Positions 6,867-13,558 of a stretch of DNA of 13,558 nucleotides are shown here, one piece after another (position 1 is the first letter of the stretch; every line of letters starts with the position of its first letter). The position numbers and the translations under genes are program-made. This DNA comes from a bacterium. GTDB lineage: Bacteria; Hinthialibacterota; Hinthialibacteria; Hinthialibacterales; Hinthialibacteraceae. Under the pieces are notes generated by a model that saw only the letters and a program-made list of their open reading frames with translations, made no database searches and was not told the origin of the DNA. The DNA lies in NCBI GenBank assembly GCA_041946805.1, contig JBHGBC010000163.1:1-13558 (forward strand), given 5' to 3'.

Positions 6867-8912
6867 ATGAGAAGAACTATGTTGCTCACCATGGTTTTGA
6901 TGCTGGCCGTCACGGTCCTGGCGCCGGCGCAAACAGTCCTGTACCAGGAGAAGCTCGACGGCACGGCGCGGGGAGCCCGGCCCGCCGGCTGGATCTACAC
7001 GCCCGGCTGGATGCATTGCCCGGTGCCGGCGCCGGCTGAGGACAGTGTCCACGACGGGATTCCCGAAAGCGCGGATTGGGCCACGACCGGGAACCCCGAA
7101 GTGGATTGGCAAGTCGTGGAGATTAAGCGGGTGGGCATGTACGACGCGAACCGCGGCACGGATGGGATCCGGGATTATTGGTGCACGTTCACGCTGGATC
7201 TCTTCGGCGACCCCATCCCGGATGCGCCGGTAAGCGCCATCATGCCGAGCACGGGACTTTTTTATGACATCGCCCCGCCCGCCGATTCGGCGGTTTCGCG
7301 CATGCGGGCGGGCGGATCGACGGCCCCGTGGGTCAAGGCGCCTTATCCCAATTTCGGGTGCGATCCCGTAACGGGAGTAGTGGATGAAAACGCCAAAGTG
7401 CTGATCGCCGACAGCGACGAATACGGCGGAGTGGTTTTCAATTCGGCCATTGTCTCACCGGATGTCGATCTCCAAGGAGCCAAATACGCACGTATCGAAT
7501 ACAAATTCATGATTGAACAGAACCAGGACAGTGAAACCGCCGCCTATTACCAGATCGACAACGGCCCCTGGCAAACTCTGCAACGCTGGAGCATGCATTA
7601 TCACGGCGATGACTTTAACTACCTGGCGGATGTATCGTTTGTCGTCAACACCGAAGGCGGATCCAAATTGCGCTGCTTATGGTATTACCAGGGGAACTTC
7701 TCCTGGGAGATCGTCATTGATGATTTCACGGTGAAAGGATACAACGCTCTCCCCACCGACGGCCCCGCCCAACCCCAGGCCGTATCGCCCACGGGGACCA
7801 TCGACGCGGGACAGAACGTGGTGCTGAAAGCGAGTGCCTACAGCGGCTCCAAACCCAATGCCTTCGCCCAATGGCAAGTTCGGGAAGCCGACGGCACTTA
7901 CGGCCAGTTGGTGAACTACACAAACTCGAGTTTCCTGGAAGCCTATCCGATCCTGGATACCGGCATCCAGCCGAACCATTATGCCGACGGGGCCTATGTA
8001 TGGCGGGAAGGCGGAATCTGGAGCGGAGCGTTGCTGCGCGGCCAACCCAATCCCGCGACCCAGCTGCGGGTCCCCATTGGGGATGGATACGGCCCGAAAG
8101 AAGAACTGACGGTTCCCGGCGATATGCTTCGTCCGGGAGTGACCTACTTCTGGCGGGTACGGTATTGGGATGAAGATTACAAATCGTCCCCCTGGTCCGA
8201 CGAGCAATCCTTTACGGTCCGGGCGATTCCCGGCGTCACGTTACTGAAGGAGACGTTCGATGGCATCCAGGATCCCGACAAAAACGACCCCGCGGACGCG
8301 GCCCAAATCCCCACGGGGTGGTCAGGCACGTTCGCTGCCTCCAATGGATGGGATGTTTACTCCCTGGGTGTTTATCAACTGTTTGGCAACAGCCCGGACA
8401 GTGTCATGGCCGTGGCCAATGGGGAAATCGAGCCGGGTTCGAACTCGGGCAATCTGATCGAACCCGACGGCCGCGGGCATCATGGGCGGTTCAAGGGGAA
8501 CGTCTTGGTGTACGATTCAGGCAACTTGGTGGATGCCATCACGCCGGAAATCAACAACACATCAAGCACGCAGCCCCTGTACCTTTTGTTTGACGCCCAA
8601 ATCCGGTCCAGCAAGGATTCCATCATCTTGTCGGTGGACATGACGGACGCGGCCGGGAAAGTCACGAACGTCTTCGCGTTTCAAAACGTCTCGGCCGATT
8701 ACGCGGACACGGTGGCGGGTGGAAGGATCCATCCCGTGATTTATACCATTTCTCCGGCCATCCGGATCGATCAGGCCGCCGGCCAGCGGGTCCGTTTCAC
8801 GTTCTATAGCGCGGAAGACGACGGAGGGGATGACTACGCGGCTTTAGACAACATTGAAGTGATTCAATACAATCCGGCGGTTCCAGTGGCGGATTGGGAA
8901 TTGCATGAGTGA
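6867..8912 (+). CDS. Secreted multidomain protein: jelly-roll (MAM/cleaved-adhesin-like) + FN3-like + second jelly-roll + C-terminal PVxDWxL motif
   Basis: RBS AAGGAGG at 6852-6858 and a Sec signal (MRRTMLLTMVLMLAVTVLAPA-Q). FN3-like end LRPGVTYFWRVRYWD...SPWS..QSFTV. Two beta-sandwich modules end in IVIDDFTV and AALDNIEV. The protein ends PAVPVADWELHE. Domain names are inferred by eye. Confidence 0.8.
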   Translation: MRRTMLLTMVLMLAVTVLAPAQTVLYQEKLDGTARGARPAGWIYTPGWMHCPVPAPAEDSVHDGIPESADWATTGNPEVDWQVVEIKRVGMYDANRGTDGIRDYWCTFTLDLFGDPIPDAPVSAIMPSTGLFYDIAPPADSAVSRMRAGGSTAPWVKAPYPNFGCDPVTGVVDENAKVLIADSDEYGGVVFNSAIVSPDVDLQGAKYARIEYKFMIEQNQDSETAAYYQIDNGPWQTLQRWSMHYHGDDFNYLADVSFVVNTEGGSKLRCLWYYQGNFSWEIVIDDFTVKGYNALPTDGPAQPQAVSPTGTIDAGQNVVLKASAYSGSKPNAFAQWQVREADGTYGQLVNYTNSSFLEAYPILDTGIQPNHYADGAYVWREGGIWSGALLRGQPNPATQLRVPIGDGYGPKEELTVPGDMLRPGVTYFWRVRYWDEDYKSSPWSDEQSFTVRAIPGVTLLKETFDGIQDPDKNDPADAAQIPTGWSGTFAASNGWDVYSLGVYQLFGNSPDSVMAVANGEIEPGSNSGNLIEPDGRGHHGRFKGNVLVYDSGNLVDAITPEINNTSSTQPLYLLFDAQIRSSKDSIILSVDMTDAAGKVTNVFAFQNVSADYADTVAGGRIHPVIYTISPAIRIDQAAGQRVRFTFYSAEDDGGDDYAALDNIEVIQYNPAVPVADWELHE

Positions 8913-8939
8913 CACGAACACGGGGTGATGGATCAACCG

Positions 8940-8970
8940 GGGAGAGGCCGTAGGGCCTCTCCCTTTTAAT
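8940..8970 (+). terminator. Rho-independent terminator
   Basis: GGGAGAGGCC-gtag-GGCCTCTCCC (10-bp perfect stem) followed by TTTTAAT, 27 nt after the stop codon. Confidence 0.85.
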
Positions 8971-9262
8971 AGGCTTATTCAGCCGGCCTGTTCATGGGAA
9001 CAGAGAATTGCTCCCTTATGCCCGCCTACTTGAGTACCGCTTGCGCTTACTTGAAAATACGCGCCCAGACGTCAGAGACACCTATTTGGTATCCCCCCGC
9101 ATGGCGCGGGACGTCATACGTTTTTATCTTTTTGCGTCTTCCTCCCAATTTATAAAAGTGGTATTGAAATAAAACTCCGGCTCTAGAAGTGAAAATGAAG
9201 CCCGGGTATCCTGTGCATTGCATCACAAGAGTGATTGAATCTTACCAAAAGGAGAACGAATC

Positions 9263-10696
9263 ATGAGAATACGGATTTGGATGGCCTTTCTCGCCGTCGC
9301 TATCGCCGCCGAAACGGGATTCACGCAAGCGCCCGCGAATATTGAAATCAAAGTGGTATGGGAGCATTTGACCAACAATCCGAACGGGATTCCCGGATTC
9401 CCCTTCATGACCACCCACGTGGGCAACAAGCAGGAGTCCGATGGGACATCGGACATGGATTTGATCGGCTCCCTGCGCCGGTATGACGAAAACCGCCTGA
9501 TGCTGTTCGTGGTGGAAAACGGGATCAACGAATCCGACCCGAACCACGACGCGGCCATGGCCGCGCAATTTCCCGACCGCACCGTGTGGTGGATCAATCC
9601 CAACGACGGGTCCCCCATGGGCATCGCGATTACCTTCCCGGTCAAGCCCTGGCCCGATACGGACGAGTATATCAAGCGGATCAACGACGCGTATGGAGAT
9701 CACGGTTCGGTGCGCCCCGATTTGGCGCAGGAAGAATTCCCCAAAATCGATGTGGACGCGGAAGGCAATCTCTATCTATCCGACAAACATCACCTCCTGC
9801 GCTACACGCCGGATGGGAAAGGCGGATTCACCGGCCCCACTCTGGCCTACAATTATCAGCCGGCGAATGAATCCAAAGTCATCACCCCGGACGGCCGCGA
9901 GGGAAATTACCTGCACTGGCGCGGTTTCAACATGATCGACCTGCAAATCAAGGGCGAAGGCGCCAACAAGATCATGACCACCACCCGCCGCCATTGGGCG
10001 GATAACGGCGGCCTGTGGTACTACACCTCCGCCGACGGCGGCGCGGCCTGGACCGCGAAGTATTACAACGGCCAAGGCACTTCCCTGACCGGTATCGGCG
10101 GCGGCGGCAGCCTGCCGGTGATCAGCCCGGACGGCAAGGAAGAATGGATGTTCTGCACCGGCTTTCCGGGCAGTTCCGACGTGATCCGCCGGTACGTGCG
10201 TCCCGCGGGCTCGACGGAACAATTCGCCGAGGATACGGAGGCGTTGTGGAGTCCCGGAGTGGATGAAAATCCGGCCGTGGGCGAGACGGAAAAATACCGC
10301 GGGCAAACGAAAGTCGACGTGGCGGCCCATGACGGCCTGCCGTACATCGTTGTCGCGACGATACCCTTCTGGCAAAGCCGGGACAAGCTCGAACTCGATC
10401 CGCCGCCGACCGCTTGGCTGGCGGTCCTCTCCACGGGCGTCGATCCCAACAATGACTTCGTGGAAGGCGATTTCCTGACCGCCCATCGGATTCAATTCAC
10501 CGAGAAGGACGAATTGGGCGGGGCCGATTATGTCGATAACTGGGCGGCCGCGTATAGCTCCGAAGTGAATATTTATGTCGGCCAAAACTATCCGGCTTAT
10601 GCCTTCGAGATTCTGTGGTGCGGCGGAACGATGGGTTACGGCCGGTATGTGGTGGGCAACGTCCCCACCCCGGTTCCCGATTGGCCGTTGTATTGA
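9263..10696 (+). CDS. Secreted putative beta-propeller protein with Asp-box and C-terminal PVxDWxL motif
   Basis: RBS AAGGAG at 9249-9254 and a signal peptide (MRIRIWMAFLAVAIAAETGFT-Q). NHL-like blade IDVDAEGNLYLSD and Asp-box YYTSADGGAAW. The protein ends PTPVPDWPLY. Confidence 0.8.
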   Translation: MRIRIWMAFLAVAIAAETGFTQAPANIEIKVVWEHLTNNPNGIPGFPFMTTHVGNKQESDGTSDMDLIGSLRRYDENRLMLFVVENGINESDPNHDAAMAAQFPDRTVWWINPNDGSPMGIAITFPVKPWPDTDEYIKRINDAYGDHGSVRPDLAQEEFPKIDVDAEGNLYLSDKHHLLRYTPDGKGGFTGPTLAYNYQPANESKVITPDGREGNYLHWRGFNMIDLQIKGEGANKIMTTTRRHWADNGGLWYYTSADGGAAWTAKYYNGQGTSLTGIGGGGSLPVISPDGKEEWMFCTGFPGSSDVIRRYVRPAGSTEQFAEDTEALWSPGVDENPAVGETEKYRGQTKVDVAAHDGLPYIVVATIPFWQSRDKLELDPPPTAWLAVLSTGVDPNNDFVEGDFLTAHRIQFTEKDELGGADYVDNWAAAYSSEVNIYVGQNYPAYAFEILWCGGTMGYGRYVVGNVPTPVPDWPLY

Positions 10697-10727
10697 TTGA
10701 CTTCCACGATCTCGATACGGATTGTTC

Positions 10728-10761
10728 GGAAGGGCGGCCGCCGGGCCGCCCTTTCCATTTA
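10728..10761 (+). terminator. Probable terminator hairpin (may also serve the convergent tRNA)
   Basis: AAGGGCGGCC-gccg-GGCCGCCCTT 10-bp stem (10730-10753), followed by an interrupted U-tract TCCATTTA. Confidence 0.65.
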
Positions 10762-10872
10762 TACGGCGATAAGATTGGCAGTCAACGCGCGGCAAGCGCC
10801 AGGGACTCGAATTCAAATAAAAGGAGGGATTTGAATGGATATAGGAAATAGAAGCGGAAGAGAAATTTAACG

Positions 10873-10956
10873 TGCCGGAGGGGGGACTCGAACCCCCACG
10901 AGATTACTCTCACTAGGTCCTGAACCTAGCGCGTCTACCAATTCCACCACTCCGGC
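10873..10956 (-). tRNA. tRNA-Leu (anticodon CAG)
   Basis: The minus strand reads GCCGGAG TGGTGGAATTGGTAGACGCG CTAGG-TTCAGGA-CCTAG, a long variable arm GAGAGTAATCTC, T-arm GGGGG-TTCGAGT-CCCCC, then CTCCGGC-A. This is a class II cloverleaf; CCA is not encoded. Confidence 0.97.
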
Positions 10957-11069
10957 GCGATTGCAGCCGTGAAGTTGCATGAATATAGGTTACCTCGACC
11001 TGCTATCTGGTAAAGACCTTGGGCGCGATTCCCGGAATTTTGCCGCGATTTTTTCCCCCGCGGAGCCGG

Positions 11070-12062
11070 TCAGGTTCCCTTGCGGGCGCCTTCCAGGGAC
11101 CGGCGGCGCAGCTGGTCCGCGAAGACGGCGGCGATGATGATCAAGCCGATGATGATGCGCTGCACGTGCGGCGAGATCCCCACGATCACGCAGCCGTTGC
11201 GTAAAATACGGATGATGAAGGCCCCCACCACCGAGCCGAAGATGGTCCCTTCGCCGCCCATCAGGCTGCCGCCGCCCACCACCACGGCCGCGATGATGTC
11301 CAGCTCCAGCCCCACCCCCGTGGTCGGCTGACCGGACCGCAGGCGCGAGGCCTGCAGGATGCCCGCCAACCCCATGGCGATGCCGCCGAGCGTGTAAACC
11401 CAGATTTTCACGCGCTCCACGTTGACGCCGCACAGCCGCGCGGTCTGCTCGTTGGACCCGACCGCGTACACCTGGACGCCGAAGACGGTGTATTTCAGCA
11501 GGAAACCCGCCGCCAGGGCCACCGGGATCAGAATGAAGAGCAGATAGGGGATGATGATCGTCGTTTCGCCGGTCACGGGAATCCGCATCGCGGCATTGCT
11601 GATTTTATTGAACCATTCGGGGATGCCGCGTTCCACCGGCAGCCCCAGGGTGACCTGCAGCGCGGTCCCGCGCAGGATTTCCAACATCCCCAGCGTGACA
11701 ATGAAGGGGGGGAGTTTGCCCGTGGTGATGACCAGCCCGTTGATCATCCCGCAGGCGGCGCCGGTGAAGAGGCCCGTCAACAGGCCGATGGTGATGCTTT
11801 CGGCGGAGACCATGGCCATGGTGGCGAAGACGCCGGCCAGCGCGATCAGCGAACCGGCGGACAGATCGATGCCGCCGCTGACGATGATGAAGGTCATCCC
11901 CACCGCGCCCACGGCGATGACCACCGTCTGCGAGATGATGTTCCCGATGTTGATGGGACTCAGGAATTTCGCCGGTTCCCACACGGCGAAGATGGCGGTG
12001 ACCAGCACCAGGGCGAAAATGGGTCCAAGCTTCCCCGACCATTCCAGCAGTTTTTTCCCCAT
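11070..12062 (-). CDS. Sugar ABC transporter permease (RbsC/BPD_transp_2 type)
   Basis: GMTFIIVSGGIDLS, KLPPFIVTLGML, YAVGSNEQTARLCGVNV, ELDIIAAVVVGGGSLMGGEG; multiple TM segments. Confidence 0.93.
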   Translation of the reverse strand: MGKKLLEWSGKLGPIFALVLVTAIFAVWEPAKFLSPINIGNIISQTVVIAVGAVGMTFIIVSGGIDLSAGSLIALAGVFATMAMVSAESITIGLLTGLFTGAACGMINGLVITTGKLPPFIVTLGMLEILRGTALQVTLGLPVERGIPEWFNKISNAAMRIPVTGETTIIIPYLLFILIPVALAAGFLLKYTVFGVQVYAVGSNEQTARLCGVNVERVKIWVYTLGGIAMGLAGILQASRLRSGQPTTGVGLELDIIAAVVVGGGSLMGGEGTIFGSVVGAFIIRILRNGCVIVGISPHVQRIIIGLIIIAAVFADQLRRRSLEGARKGT

Positions 12063-12133
12063 GTCGTTTTATCCTGAATCCAGCCGGCGCCCCGGATCAG
12101 AGTCCCGAGAGGAGGGCCCAGCCATTCCGCTTG

Positions 12134-13558
12134 TCAGTTCGCCCGGTGATGGCCTACCGGACGGACCGGAGGATCCGTGTTGTCTTCCTTGCCAATGCCC
12201 GTGGCCAGGGCCATGACGCCATCCGGATCGATTTCGCCGACCGGGTATTTTTGGCTCAAGCGGCCCCGGGCCATGACGTAGAGCGAATCGCACATACCGA
12301 ACAATTCCGGCAGATAACTGGAGACCATGACGACCCCCTTCCCTTGGCGGGCCAGGGCGTCGATCAGGCGGTAGATTTCCACCTTGGAACCGACGTCGAT
12401 CCCGCGGGTGGGTTCGTCCAGCAACGAGACCAGGGCCTCGGCGCCCAGCAGACGGGCCAGCGCCACTTTTTGTTGATTGCCGCCGGAGAGCTGGTTGATC
12501 TTTTGATCGGGCGATTCCACCTTGATGCCGAGGCCGTGAATCAGCCGGGCGGTCAGTTCACGGCCCTTGGAGGACGATACGATGCCGAAGCGGCTGACCT
12601 TCTTGGGTATGGACAAGGTGATATTGGTCTGGACCGACAAGGTTTGCGCCAGGCCTTCCCCCCCACGGTCCTCGCTGAGCAGGCCTACGTGGTGGCGCAG
12701 CATTTTCCGGGGCGTGGGGGGAATCACCGTGACGCCCTGGACTTGGAGCTCATCCATCCGCGCCGGATCGAGGCCGAACAGGGCGCGCAGCATTTCCGTG
12801 CGGCCCGCGCCCACCAGGCCGGCGACGCCCACGATCTCGCCGGCCCGGACTTCCAGATCGGTGTGGCCGGCGCCCGAGGGGCCGCGGAGGTTGCGGACGC
12901 GGAGCAACACATCTCCCAGAACGTGATCGTGGCGGGGGTAGAGTTCATCAATTTCCCGGCCCACCATCAACTGGATCAAATCGCGCGGCGTGGTGTGGGC
13001 CATGTCGCCGTACCCCACTTTTTCCCCATCCCGCAGCACCGTGTACACATCGCCGATCTCGCCGAATTCCTCCAGGTAGTGCGAGATGTAGATGATCCCC
13101 ACGCCCTGGTCGCGCAGCGAACGGATCGTCTCGAACAGTTTGCGGGTTTCCTTGTCGGAGAGGGCGGCGGTCGGCTCGTCCATGATGATGACCTTGGCGT
13201 CGCAGCTCAGCGCCCGGGCGATCTCGACGAGCTGCCGCTGGGCCACTCCCAACCGGCGCACGGGGACGCCGGGATCGATATCGGCTTCCAGGAGGGCGAA
13301 CAGTTTCCGGGTGGTGATCCGTTGGTCAGAGGCCCGCACAACGCCCAGGGAACTCCTTTCATGTCCCAGAAAAATGTTGGCGTGGACGGGAAGATCCAAT
13401 GCCAGGTTGAATTCCTGGTAGATCATGGCGATGCCCGCCCGCAGCGCCTCCTTGGGGTGGGCGACGGCATAAGGCCGGTCCTGAAAGCGGATTTCGCCCG
13501 CGTCGGCCGCATGGACGCCGGTGAGGATCTTCATCAGGGTGCTTTTCCCCGCGCCGTT
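12134..13558 (-). CDS. Sugar ABC transporter ATP-binding protein (RbsA-like, two NBDs), 5' end outside the window
   Basis: The window edge reads NGAGKSTLMKIL (Walker A), so the gene starts beyond 13558. Also IIMDEPT, YISH, GLVGAGRTE, LSGGNQQKV and DEPTRGIDVGSK. Confidence 0.95.
   Translation of the reverse strand, partial: NGAGKSTLMKILTGVHAADAGEIRFQDRPYAVAHPKEALRAGIAMIYQEFNLALDLPVHANIFLGHERSSLGVVRASDQRITTRKLFALLEADIDPGVPVRRLGVAQRQLVEIARALSCDAKVIIMDEPTAALSDKETRKLFETIRSLRDQGVGIIYISHYLEEFGEIGDVYTVLRDGEKVGYGDMAHTTPRDLIQLMVGREIDELYPRHDHVLGDVLLRVRNLRGPSGAGHTDLEVRAGEIVGVAGLVGAGRTEMLRALFGLDPARMDELQVQGVTVIPPTPRKMLRHHVGLLSEDRGGEGLAQTLSVQTNITLSIPKKVSRFGIVSSSKGRELTARLIHGLGIKVESPDQKINQLSGGNQQKVALARLLGAEALVSLLDEPTRGIDVGSKVEIYRLIDALARQGKGVVMVSSYLPELFGMCDSLYVMARGRLSQKYPVGEIDPDGVMALATGIGKEDNTDPPVRPVGHHRAN

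Noticed and set aside
9776..10816. 346-aa - strand ORF
   Set aside because: Antisense to the 477-aa gene, which has the RBS, signal peptide, C-terminal motif and terminator.
13534..13558. ATPase apparently lacking Walker A (track start 13534)
   Set aside because: Window-edge artefact; NGAGKST is encoded in frame up to the boundary.
1..13558. CRISPR array, transposase, integrase, phage or defence genes
   Set aside because: No regularly spaced direct repeats and no such protein motifs were seen.

Overview
GC-rich bacterial window, apparently from a sugar/polysaccharide-using lineage. In order it holds: a REP-like double hairpin; a secreted GH42-like glycoside hydrolase (+); a hairpin-rich convergent intergenic gap; a secreted NodB/CE4-type polysaccharide deacetylase (-); a divergent Kup K+ transporter (+); two large secreted proteins of unknown function (681 aa and 477 aa, +), each with its own RBS and terminator hairpin; tRNA-Leu(CAG) (-); and the permease plus 5'-truncated ATPase of a ribose-type (CUT2) sugar ABC transporter (-). 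The most striking signal is that the two otherwise unrelated secreted proteins end in the same short C-terminal motif, P-V-x-D-W-x-L-[HY] (PAVPVADWELHE*, PTPVPDWPLY*), with no transmembrane anchor. This suggests a dedicated, possibly undescribed C-terminal protein sorting or surface-attachment system. All calls come from reading the sequence; no database searches were run.
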